A stretch of 63,372 bases of DNA, counting the filler, from Nemertoderma westbladi (Eukaryota; Animalia; Xenacoelomorpha), in assembly GCA_032718475.1 (NCBI GenBank). It is 3 parts of 3 records of this genome, joined end to end, with 100 filler letters (N's around TTAATTAATTAA, not from the genome) between each part and the next. Parts side by side here need not be neighbours in the genome. Positions count along the whole stretch, not along the records: positions 27,420 to 55,637 come from JAUCBJ010006058.1; positions 55,738 to 63,372 come from JAUCBJ010004073.1; 1 more part is not named here. One strand, written 5' to 3'. How positions within the stretch are numbered: position 1 is the stretch's first letter; each line of letters begins with the position of its first letter. The notes beneath the pieces were generated by a model. That model made no database searches and was not told the origin of the DNA. It saw nothing but the letters and a program-made list of their open reading frames with translations. Below are positions 50,865 through 63,000 of this stretch, in pieces. Made by a program: the position numbers and the translations under genes.

Positions 50865-51130
50865 GTGATTGGTTGGACGTTATCACCAATAATAACATAA
50901 CATTTACTATTTATTGTTAATAAAAATGCTAATTGAAATAATGTTTAGTATATAATGTAGTAATAAAGTAATGGCATATACTGGTTAAGCTTGTACATTA
51001 TGGCGACATACTTATTGATTGGGGTCGCCATTAATCGCTTAATTAGTGGCGGGAAATTTAAAATTTGAGAGGGAGATCTTAAACACGTGACTCATAGTTA
51101 CATCACTCCTACCCACCGGAAGCCAATTCC
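50865..51130 (+). promoter_or_regulatory. Putative importin-alpha promoter with CDE/CHR, CCAAT boxes, E-box and ETS motif
   Basis: GGCGG-GAAA-TTTAAA at 51048-51062; ATTGG at about 50868 and 51018, CCAAT at 51123; CACGTG at 51084; CCGGAAG at 51116. Confidence 0.55.
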
Positions 51131-51544
51131 GTAGGAGAAACTACCGTTAGGTTTTAGTTTAGGGTGTAGCTGTAGGCTATCACTATACTGCTATAGGGCC
51201 TATCCTGTGAAGATATTTTTGGGCTATTAGTTATTACCGGTACCGGTGAGCCGGTAGGCTATATCGTATAACTGTATAGGCCTATTCTATATTCTCTGCT
51301 GTCCAGTTAACCAGTTACAGTCGTTGTCTGCTTCCTGATAAATGCTAAATTAATAAAGATTGGTCCACCTACTGTCCTACTGGATTAGCCTGCTAATTTA
51401 CTTTTTATTTACGGTATATACTGATTTTCCATCATCTATCAGCCCATCCATCAGCCATAGGAGCATTACCGGTACACCTACCATAACTGCAACATTATCT
51501 CTTGTTACACATAATTCAGAAATATTAAACGTAAATAGTTAATC

Positions 51545-51736
51545 ATGGAAGACGTGGATCACCGACAAGAGAACCGTTCCAAGGCGTACAAGAACGCTGC
51601 GAGGGATAAGAACGAGTTGAGACGGCGTCGGAATGAGACTGCGGTAGAACTCAGGAAGCAGAAAAAGGACAGTCAGTTGCTAAAGAAACGCAACATCGAT
51701 ATTAGTAACTTCGATGACCCAACGAGTCCACTTCGG
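51545..51736 (+). CDS. KPNA2: Importin subunit alpha, coding exon 1 (IBB domain)
   Basis: R.KAYKN...ELRRRRNETAVELRKQKKDSQLLKKRNI; donor GTAAGT at 51737; subfamily assignment tentative. Confidence 0.9.
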
Positions 51737-51869
51737 GTAAGTCTGCCATCACTCGGACAACAACATAAATTACAGTTATGATGAAGGTCAATCATTTTAG
51801 TTACAGATATAGGCCTACCAGCTACCTCAAATAAATACTAATATAATCCAATTTCATTGTTATTTTCAG

Positions 51870-52081
51870 GAAAGGGTGAACCAAATTCCGGTATTAGCGT
51901 TGGACGAAATAGTTGCGAACATTCGCCGGTACGCTAGTGACGCCCAGAACCGTAGGGACTTGTTGGAGGCTGTGAGCTCGGCCAGACGACTGCTCTCTAG
52001 GGAACGGCATCCCCCGTTAGACGAAGTCATAGACGCCGGTTTGGTGCCTTTCTTCGTTTCTTTTTTGGATATGTCTGATAG
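51870..52081 (+). CDS. KPNA2: Importin subunit alpha, exon 2
   Basis: TTTTCAG acceptor; ARRLLSRERHPPLDEVIDAGLVPFFVSFL; donor GTAAGT at 52082. Confidence 0.9.
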
Positions 52082-52274
52082 GTAAGTTTATTTTTATAAC
52101 TTTTTTAGTTATATTTTTTATTTTATGGTCTTACTATAGTTTTATAAGTACAGAATCTCGCTGTATCTCGCTGATGACTTACAGTTCTGATTTGACTCTC
52201 CCTATCCAGCTCTAGATTTATACAAGGAAATAACATAAAATAATAATATAAAATGTTGTTTTATTTCCCTGCAG

Positions 52275-52447
52275 TCCGAAGATCCAGTTCGAATCAGCTT
52301 GGGCGTTGACTAACATTGCTTCGGGGTCTACGGAACAGACCGCGGCTGTCATTAACGACGGGGCCGTTCCCAAGTTTATTAATCTTCTCAAGTCGGAGGA
52401 TAAGGCGGTTGTGGAACAGGCTGTTTGGGCTTTGGGGAACATCGCAG
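52275..52447 (+). CDS. KPNA2: Importin subunit alpha, exon 3 (ARM repeats); later exons not found in the window
   Basis: CCTGCAG acceptor; [20 protein letters not shown]...[14 protein letters not shown]; intron phases consistent. Confidence 0.92.
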
Positions 52448-54190
52448 GTTGGGTCGTGATTTATTAATTTTAAATAATTAATTATTTTTATACTACAGCT
52501 TTATATTGTAATTATATTCGATGGTTGGTCTGTTTCAGAAATCAGACGATGTCGGTTTGTCAGATCAGAATAACTCTAATGGCTATTTATTTTACCAGTT
52601 TCTCCTTTCAGAAATTATTCTTTCGTTTTGGGAAATATTTCGTTATTGTGGCATCATTTTTATTCAACATGCATACTACTACTACTCCATTGTGAATATA
52701 ATATTAATGAGTTAACTTTGTACTTTAGGTTAGTTAGTCATTTACGAATAGTTGGTGCACAGGTACAGGTCGCCCCCTTTACAAGCCTATTACGCCTGTT
52801 CTCTTCTTTTGGTCGCCGTAATATATAGCCTACAACTAGGTGAAAAGAGCTCAACTTTTACTTTTAATCTTCTTTATAGGTGCTCAAATTAGCACCCTCA
52901 TCTTTAAATATGAACCCTCTCTTTAGGTGCTAATATATCTTAATTAAATGCACTTTAAATTAAATAGAAGATTAACGGTACATTTAGTCTGAGTCATATG
53001 GGTTATGCCATATGGGTGGTAAACGGATAAAAATAGTGTGAAAGTGAATATATAATTTTGTTGAAGCGTAGTGTTAAAATTAAAGAAATTATATATATAG
53101 TAAAAAAATATTTGTGAAAAATTTCTTCATTTTTGAATTTTATGTTGTACAAAATAAATATATATTTTTAATTTGAAAAATAAATGATCTCTGAATGAGA
53201 TAAAATAACTGTTTTCAATACCCGGGAACCAGAGACCTATCCAGAGACAAAAAAACCAGATAATTACCGGCAGATAATTATATAGTGTTACAACGAGATA
53301 CGAACCCATACATTTCGGGATTTGGGATTGTAACTGTCAGAATCTCGGGATATTTTATTCCACCCCCTACCGGTACCCATCCTGTGTCTGTATTCGTAGT
53401 TCTTATTCCTACTACCCGCAGGTAGTCCGACTAAAACTTGATTTAATTTTGAATTATCTTTCAAACAATATATACAATTTATGATAATGACGAAATGTCT
53501 GAATATTGCGTTTAATTAAAATAGACAAAAATCTGTCAACAATATAACATTTTCATCAGGCAACTTTTCTATTTGCTAAATCTGACTTTTTATGCCTTCT
53601 CTATAGCTATCTGAATCTATTAAAACCAAAAATTAAATAAGTGAAATAATTAGTCCTATTGTGTGTCTGTGAGTCAAACTCAGTAAAATTTTATTCAAAG
53701 TATTTTTTTAGTAAAAGTTTTTGCGAATTCAATACTCATTCATATTCTCCAAAATAATTTTCTACTATTATATTGCACAATGTAATTTTTCCAACACCAG
53801 TTATTGAACGTATTGTTATATAACGTTGGTAATGCCATTGAACCTACCCTCTCTTTAAAACTAGCGTAATAGTAATATGCGTAACGACCGAGCATCCCTG
53901 ATTGGTTGTGGGTCGAGCCACGAAGTCGCTGTCGGTCGCTGGGGGAGTACCCACCCACCAGGTCCACTAATTCAGTAATTATACTAAGACTACCAAATTC
54001 TCATTTAGACTCAGTGCTGCGCGAAGGCCCAGACTCGTGTACTCTGTTCTAATATGAATATGTGGTCAATTTATATATCTTTGCTGGGTGTACCCGTGGT
54101 ACTTGAGCTGATTATTAAATTGTCGTTTATGTGAATTATATTATTACAGTTATATTTGTGGTATTTTGTAATTATTCATTAAATTATGTA

Positions 54191-54457
54191 TTTATTCATT
54201 CATTCATTATTTGATTGGGAGAATCTTGCAGTCTCGTTAAGGAAGCTAAGGAATGCCCAGCCCAGCCCACAGTAAACCCTTCCACTATGTTCCCCAAGTT
54301 ACCTTGGTTCTCATTTATCGGCCAGTCAAGGATTTAAGTCTGGGTTGGGCTAGGCTGCAGCATTTAAAGCAATGTGCACAAACAGTCTGCCCCATTTCGG
54401 GATCGAACATGGGCCTCGTGATTGGATTCCCAAGAATTTCACCACTAGACCAACCTG
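54191..54457 (-). mobile_element. tRNA-derived SINE
   Basis: Minus strand: A box TGGTCTAGTGG, B box GTTCGATCCC, body with GATAAATGAGAACCA, (ATGA)n tail. Confidence 0.65.
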
Positions 54458-54670
54458 TTAATTTGAAAAATTAATTATTTGTATCAATGTTAATGTCTAT
54501 TGAGAATCCCTTGGGAACGGTTTCTGGGCCCTTAATGTTGGTGGAACCATTGACCTAATAACCAATGATCAACCAGAACAAAGGTGCCATAACTCCTAGG
54601 CATATGTGTGGGGTGGGTGCGGGTGGACTGCGGGGCGAGCCACGTGGGTGGACTGTTTGTCCTAGTGGAC

Positions 54671-55090
54671 TGGTGTTTAAACGGGAGCAGACCATTAGGG
54701 ATTTCAAGGATAGGGAGCGGGATTACCACTCTTGGGCTTGGGATCTCGATTTTCGTGAACGGGATTGTAATTTTGAATTATATTTTTAAAATTTTTATTA
54801 TATGTGGCTGTGTTTGTATAAAACGGGTTTTTCGTAAATTTATATCACTTTATTTCACGCTGCAGAAATATTAGTTAGTAAGATAAAATTAATTTATATT
54901 TGATTACTGGATGGTTTACTGACATCCATTAATCGGTTAATTCTAAATAGACAATACAGTTCTGTTCTGGTTCAACTATTCGTCACATATTCAACAAATT
55001 CACTTCACTATATTATACTTCGGGATCCCGTTCCAAAAAACTCGGGATCGTGGTCGGACCGGGATTGCATTTTTCACCGAGATCCCGATC
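54671..55090. mobile_element. MITE, TIR T(A/G)GTGTTTAAACGGGA
   Basis: TIRs at both ends, GGGAT(C/T) subterminal repeats, second copy at 21913. Confidence 0.65.
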
Positions 55091-55637
55091 GGGATCCCGT
55101 TTAAACACTAAATGGATCAATGTCATCTACTCTGACTATACTTGTGGCACTGGCAGTGAATACTAAGAATATGGCCACAGAACAACCTGCTTAAGATCTC
55201 GATATCGGGATCCCCGCTGTTACAATCCCGAAAAGTATGGATCTGATCCCGTTGCAGCACTCATGGTTTATTCACCGGGAAATGGCACTAAATTCATGTG
55301 TCATGTGTGACTTTTCTGTAAATAACGATCAGTTTGGACTGTAGTTGCTTTTGATGCTATAATTTGATACCAGTATCAGTGGGTGCCCGTGAAGGAACAG
55401 CCGTCTGTACAACCAGACAGCTCCGTCTCAACAAGGACTAAAGGGTTGAATTCATATCCTACAACACCATCGTTATGCATTCACAACCACGTCTGCCAAT
55501 TCCCTAGTTTCCTTTTAGTGCTTAAAAATTTCTGACTTTACCGTCAATTACCAGTAATAACGTCAGAAATTACAAAAGTTGATTAGGATTGGATCATATG
55601 GCTGGGGTCATGGTTACATCTTACATGACTTTTTTAA

Positions 55638-55737
55638 NNNNNNNNNNNNNNNNNNNNNNNNNNNNNNNNNNNNNNNNNNNNTTAATTAATTAANNNNNNN
55701 NNNNNNNNNNNNNNNNNNNNNNNNNNNNNNNNNNNNN
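55638..55737. other. Assembly gap / contig linker
   Basis: N run with TTAATTAATTAA. Confidence 0.98.
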
Positions 55738-56236
55738 TGGTAAAATACGGCCTATAGTTGCGGCCTATAGGACGGAACAAAGACGGTGACAGTTTGCTTC
55801 AGTCCACTATAGTCAAGATGGATTAATGATTTATCACATCCATATAGGAGATAACTTCCAATAAACTTTAATTTGATTTAAATGTATAATTAATACTGTG
55901 TCTGTGTCGAATATATCCTTTCTTCACATACCGAACGCTGATAAGTTGACATAATGTAACAAAATTACATACATCATTGCTTGCAAAGGTCACTTTTCAG
56001 CGTTAAAGACCCTTGTTTATTTATGTAAACCTCGCTCGTTGCGCTCGCTCGGTACATAAATAAACTCGGGTCATAACGCTGCAAAGTGCTACTTTGCACA
56101 CAATAATGTAAATAGTTATAACTAACTTTATACTTTTCTACCTAATATTTGAGTCAAAAATGTTATGCAAGTGTATATAAAATTAATGAATAAACTTTAC
56201 AACAAATAAACGTTTCACTTTACATGCACACACTGT

Positions 56237-59200
56237 CTAATAATAGGCTGTGGCATATTCGTAGGTTTGGTCGACGTGACAGGAAGAACAAATAAGTCTG
56301 CTGTGATTTAGACATGATGCATTGCCACATATCGAGCAGCAGGTTTTACTTTCTTTACATTCCAATGTGCGCTTCTTCTTCCCCCTATATTTACGGCTGA
56401 GGATGCAACACACTTCTTACAACGAGCTGGTTTTGTAAGGTGAGGCGTCATCCCTGGAGATGTAGTTGATGTACCAGAAGTTGTAGGGGTCGTCGTCTGT
56501 ATGTCTTCACCTAGTATTATAGATATTTTGTGTTTGGTTGATAAGTTGAGAACTGATACCGACGCCCTGACACGGATGTGAGGAATCACCAAAGATTCTA
56601 TTAAATTCCACAGAAATCCGGCTGACTTGACCTGAAACACATAATAATAGTTATCATTTTATGAGAATTGTTATATAAATTTATAGTTTGACAAGTTCAT
56701 ATATATAACATAACTTGCCAATTTGGGCAAGCAATTATATATAACTTGCCCATTTGGGCAAGCAAATATATATAACTTGCTTGGTCATGCAATTATAACT
56801 TTCCAGTTTGGTTGGGTAAGTGATTTGACCTCTTCGTCAAGTATGCGTAAATATTCATTTCACAATGTTCATATTACAACCAAATTGGAATATTAAAATT
56901 ATTTACAAGCTATGTTGACTTTGTAGTTAAACTACCATGGCGCTGGTCCATGATGTCGGTGCCGCCTTTGGTGAAGTCATACACTTTATAGTGACCTGGT
57001 TTTTTCTTTTCGTCTTGTGTGTGCATTAGCTTTGGGGGCATGGTGGATAGCAACAACACATTCTTCATTCCTTTACTTTTAGTTCGCACAACATATGAAG
57101 ACAACGATATTTTTGGATTTTCCTTTTGATATAATATAATAGTGCTGGTGTTATCTCGGTTTTGTGTGTTCTTTATTTCTTTAGGAATGCCTATTCTACT
57201 CTTATTCATTGTGCCTATAAGTGTGATGTCTTTCTGGAGTAGATCTGAAGCTAACTGTATTGATGTATACAGGCGGTCAGTGCTGACGTTTCGACTTTAT
57301 TCCTATTTCCAAATCTAATTTATCAATAAGGTGGAAGACAACACGGTCGTTCCCTTTGATGTAGAAGTCGTCGAAAAATTAAAAAAAAAATAAATTAATT
57401 AACTTGTGTCAAAAATTGTGTGGACGGTTGGAGTGAAGTAAAGTCGGGTGGACGGTTGGAGTGAAGTAAAGTTTGGGTGGGCGGTTGGAGTGAGGTACAG
57501 TCGGGTGGACGGTTGGAATGAAGTAAAGTCGTGTGTACGGTTGGAGTGAGGTACAGTCGGGTGGACGGTTGGAGTGAAGTACAGGTGGTTGGACGGTTAG
57601 AGTGAAGTAAAGTCGGGTAGACGGTTGGAGTGAGGTACAGTTGGGTGGACAGTTAGAGTGAAGTAAAGTCGGGTGGACGGTTGGAGTGAAGTAAAGTAGG
57701 GTGGACAGTTGGAGTGAAGTAAAGTCGGGTGGACGGTTGGAGTGAAGTATAATGGCAATTGTGTTGTTTATCATAAATAAAATTAATATATTAATTATAT
57801 AGATTACTACAGGAAGAAAAGTGGAAATGTTGTCAATTTTCGGTATGTGTATGGTGGTCGTTTTACTTCTTATTTTCTGAGAATCAAACAATTAGTACGT
57901 AGGTAGTAAACTAATTATTATTAATAATATTCATCTTGTAGTTCTATACATGAAATTCATGTACACGCCATAGCTTATTATACCATACCTCTGGCTTTCC
58001 GCAATAGACATGTGCCAGGTAGGTGTATGGTGTTCGAACCTCATTCACTGAACGAAATAAAAACCCATACTTAGCGGGTTTCTTGGGGTTGTAATTCTTG
58101 AGGGACACCTCCTGTCTTGATGGATACAGAGTTTCGTCCACAGCGAGAAAGTCACCTACAAAATAAGATTACTGGTAACAAGAAAAATGTATATAACATT
58201 TTTCAGAATTTATTTTTGTATTATTTATATAGATAGATTGATTGTCGGACAGCACTATTTATTCATATAGTATATAAAAACAATAACAAATACATCAAAC
58301 AATATATATAGGTATTGTCCAACACAACATAGAATTACCTTTAAAGATTTGCAGCATATTTTCACTTGGTTACAAATTTAAAAATACACTACTAAAACTA
58401 ATATAAGTTATATACTGTAATATATTTATGTTATATAATATAAATTATATTTGATCAGGTTAATAATAGTAACATATGTCATTTATTTACCTGGAATCCA
58501 GTGTCTCAAACAATTCTGATTAAATGTTTCGAATACGTCACGGATGGCGGTAAACTTATCCCATTTGTATCGCGTTGCCCTAGTCTCGACATTATCAAAA
58601 GACAACATGGCATTGAGGAATCGAAATCTCTCATGAGACATTGTTGCCACAAAGATAGCTTCACCCCTCTTGTTATCGAACAACATCTGGGTGTTGGCTA
58701 AATTTCGCCCGTTATATCCTCGAGCATATACGACACCAATATATGCTTGTAATTCTACTAGTGTTATCTCGTTTCGAGTTCCTGCAACCCGATTATTAGA
58801 TTTCATTTCCGGTGTTACTGGACTCTTTGAATTTCTTATTCGGATTTTATTGTTGGTATTTTCCATAATTTCGTTCAGCATTGTCTCGTCGTAATATAAA
58901 CTCCATGCTGCAATTGGTGTGTTGGCCATTTTTGCTTTGTTTGTTTTGGGTCTGTAGTTCGTACGGATGACATTTTCAGTGGTTTGCCATCTTCTTTCTG
59001 GTGTTTTTGTAGTCCATTTGTATAATAATTTATTTTATGTGTGGATCTATACTCTACAGGGTTGAGGCAAACGTCTACTTGTGGATAGTTCATTTCATCA
59101 AGTGCATTATCTAATGAATTAACGGGACGCGATTTTCTCCTCTTTCCAGCCCCTTCTTGCACATTTCTGTAGTATTCTTCATCACTTGAAGAAGAATGAT

Positions 59201-59522
59201 CTTCATCTTCATCCAGCTGATCACCTTCGTCAACTCCATTCTCATCCAGTCCATGTTCAAAATCGTCTTCACATATTTCATCGAGATTATATGGTAACTG
59301 TAATGATATACTATCATTACCATCTCCTGTGTCATCTCCAATATCTTGCTCCTCATTGTCTTCTTCATCTTCACCTTCATCAAAACTGGAATCATAAATT
59401 AGTTCAAGTGCCTCTTCTGAAGTATAGGCACGACGATGTCGCTTTCGTGATGGCTGTACAACATGAGGTGTTGTAAGAGTGGTGGGAGTGGTGGTTTGAA
59501 TTATCGATTCTTAGGATGTCAT
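56237..59522 (-). pseudogene. Intron-containing piggyBac transposase, degenerate
   Basis: Acidic N-terminus; MSHERFRFL, DKFTAIRDVFE, AVDETL (D1), YNPKKPAKYG, VSTDRLYTS (D2), YDFTKGGTDIMDQ (D3); Cys-rich tail RCKKC...CSICGNASCLNHSRLICSSC; GT-AG intron 58490-58156; stop at codon 4 and several frameshifts. Confidence 0.88.
57421..57750. repeat. 28-bp minisatellite (~12 copies) inside a transposase intron
   Basis: GTCGGGTGGACGGTTGGAGTGAAGTAAA tandem units. Confidence 0.92.
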
Positions 59523-60081
59523 GTTGCAGTGTTGTAAAATAAGTAGGCCTACTGTGGTCAGATAATATCCATATCAATATATTACCAATAGGGTATATCA
59601 ATAAAATATTTATTCACTGGGCTTAGTAGTATAAAGAATACCTTGTAGTAGTAATTTTTTGTTAGATAAAAGTGTATTGCCAGCCAATATCTACTGAAGT
59701 ACTGTCAACAATCCACACACTGGCATGAGATATAATTTAACTATTATAGTATATTCATACTAGAGTACTCAGTTCAATTTCTCTGGGATGTCTGGCAGAG
59801 TTAGGCAGACAGTGGTGATGGGAGGAGCATTTCATGTATTTATCTCGAATTTATACTATATGGGTTAGCCTTCAAATTACTTGATGTATATGGCTATATT
59901 CTTTTGTTTTATTAATTTATAAAACTCAGAAAATATATATTATATATTTTTCTGTAAACCTGCGAAAATTTGAGAAATTTTGATAAAATTATCACTTGTT
60001 TTTAAGGTATTAAAAACTGTTGGGCATATAATGCCCAACCCCATGTGGAATCTCTGACAAAATAGCCCAGGTGGAATAGGG

Positions 60082-63000
60082 TTAATGAACAAGAACATGA
60101 AGCATCTTTAGAACTTAACAAAACATCCGGAAAATACTGGGCAATAACCCAGTATGATGATTATTGCTATCGACCAGAACATCTGTCACTAATAAGCTTT
60201 TATCACTTTGTTAAATTTTATGAGAAGGTACTGATGAAGTCAAGGAAGAATGTCAATAGTTTCATCGAACCACATCCACAGCATCAAACTCACGGTATAG
60301 TAAAAAGGAAAATTATGGTTATTCCAGACATAATTGGGCCACGATTACCGGATAAGCGAGATGATGGACAATCTGAATTTTATGCTAAACTAGCTTTATT
60401 AATTACAAAACCATTCAGATCACCAAAGGATATTTGTCATGCCACATCATGGTCAGAACGTTTTTTATTATGGGATAATAATGAGATAGATGGCATGACT
60501 CTAGAAGATCGTCGTGTTCTAGAAAACATGCAAGAATACTACATAGGACAGGAAGAAGCAAAACAACAGCAAATCGTCCTCAGACAGGAGGATGAACAGG
60601 AAGATACAGAAGATGATATCACCGAATGTAATAATGTACCTGAGAATGAAGATACTGATTTAGATGTAATAAATGATCCTTCTGAAGAAGTTTCATCGTT
60701 ACTCGCTTCTTTCCAACTGTTAGGTAATTCCAATAGTAATGTTCCAGATATCAATATTATGCAAAAACTCCACATTGATGATTCTAATAGTATTGACGCT
60801 CCTTCATGCTCCCCAAATTTTGCTTGGGATTGGGAACGAACACTTCCTTCTGTAGATTCAATTAGAGCAACCATTAAATATTTCAGTGACAATAATATGC
60901 AAGAGTGTGGGTCTAATATAGATAATTTGTCCAATAACTTCATTTCGAAAGAAGCTGTTCTTGTTCGTCTCGAAGAAGCTTTATCAATAAATAATTAAAC
61001 AACTTTATCTCCTGAAACCTTGCATTCAATCAGAGAAGAGCGAGCAATTTGTCCTAAGTTGATAGATGTGGCGGTAGCAGAGAATTTAAGTAGTGACCAA
61101 ATGACATGTTTCATGGAAATTGGTGAATCTCTTCTGAGAGGAATATCTGGCTCAAAAGTTAGAAATCTGAGAATGCATCTTGGAGGTGAAGGAAGTTGTT
61201 GAAAGAGTAGAATAATTAATGCAATCCGAAAACTTGCAAATATGTGGGGCGCAAACTCTCTGAGAATCGCTGCCCCAATTGGAATTAGTGCTGTCTCAAT
61301 TCGAGGATCTACGATACACAGAGCATTTCAAATGCCTGTATCATTAAAACAGGGAAAACTCCCTACAAAGCGACAAATTACTGCTCTGAGAAAACAATTC
61401 AATAATACTCAAATGATTTATTGACGAAATTTCTATGGTATCTGCTGCATTTCTAAGCAGGATTAATGCTACTCTGCAACTGATAGCTGACAATTCAACA
61501 TAACTTTTTGGTGGATATGACATAATATGTTGTGGAGATTTCATGCAATTACCCAGTGTTTCTTCCATGCCACTCACAAAGTCATATATTACTTCGAACG
61601 CTGGAGCAGCAGCTGGCCGGGAGATTTGGCTTCAGTTTGATTCAGTGACATTTCTTTTAAAGAATTGGCGTAACAAAGACGATCCACAATGGGGTCAAAT
61701 GTTATCAAATGTAAGAAATGGGATTTGGAGTGATGAATTAAAGATGATATCACCGAATGTAATAATGTACCTGAGAATGAAGGTACTGATTTAGATGTAA
61801 TAAATTATCCTTCTGAAGAAGTTTCATCGTTACTCGCTTCTTTCCAACTGTTAGGTAATTCCAATAGTAATGTTCCAGATATCAATATTATGCAAAAACT
61901 CCACATTGATGATTCTAATAGTATTGACGCTCCTTCATGCTCCCCAAATTTTGCTTGGGATTGGGAACGAACACTTCCTTCTGTAGATTCAATTAGAGCA
62001 ACCATTAAATATTTCAGTGACAATAATATGCAAGAGTGTGGGTCTAATATAGATAATTTGTCCAATAACTTCATTTCGAAAGAAGCTGTTCTTGTTCGTC
62101 TCGAAGAAGCTTTATCAATAAATAATTAAACAACTTTATCTCCTGAAACCTTGCATTCAATCAGAGAAGAGCGAGCAATTTGTCCTAAGTTGATAGATGT
62201 GGCGGTAGCAGAGAATTTAAGTAGTGACCAAATGACATGTTTCATGGAAATTGGTGAATCTCTTCTGAGAGGAATATCTGGCTCAAAAGTTAGAAATCTG
62301 AGAATGCATCTTGGAGGTGAAGGAAGTTGTTGAAAGAGTAGAATAATTAATGCAATCCGAAAACTTGCAAATATGTGGGGCGCAAACTCTCTGAGAATCG
62401 CTGCCCCAATTGGAATTAGTGCTGTCTCAATTCGAGGATCTACGATACACAGAGCATTTCAAATGCCTGTATCATTAAAACAGGGAAAACTCCCTACAAA
62501 GCGACAAATTACTGCTCTGAGAAAACAATTCAATAATACTCAAATGATTTATTGACGAAATTTCTATGGTATCTGCTGCATTTCTAAGCAGGATTAATGC
62601 TACTCTGCAACTGATAGCTGACAATTCAACATAACTTTTTGGTGGATATGACATAATATGTTGTGGAGATTTCATGCAATTACCCAGTGTTTCTTCCATG
62701 CCACTCACAAAGTCATATATTACTTCGAACGCTGGAGCAGCAGCTGGCCGGGAGATTTGGCTTCAGTTTGATTCAGTGACATTTCTTTTAAAGAATTGGC
62801 GTAACAAAGACGATCCACAATGGGGTCAAATGTTATCAAATGTAAGAAATGGGATTTGGAGTGATGAATTAATACAAACGCTTAACACGAGAGTAATCAC
62901 TTCTCCTACCATGCTTTCGGAAGCACTGGACGATCGTGCACCCATAGTTGTATCTACATATTCATCAAGGACTGCAATTAATTCCAAACTTGTTTACGAT

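Larger units (their letters stand above)
55738..60081 (-). mobile_element. piggyBac transposon (one TIR visible, the other end lost in the gap)
   Basis: TTAA|CCCTATTCCACCTGGGC terminus at 60081; contains a piggyBac transposase gene. Confidence 0.88.

Noticed and set aside
54385-54457. Functional tRNA gene
   Set aside because: A and B boxes are present but the stems pair poorly and it continues into a SINE-like body and tail
57409-57891. 160-aa ORF / CRISPR-like array
   Set aside because: Read-through of a 28-bp intronic minisatellite with no spacers
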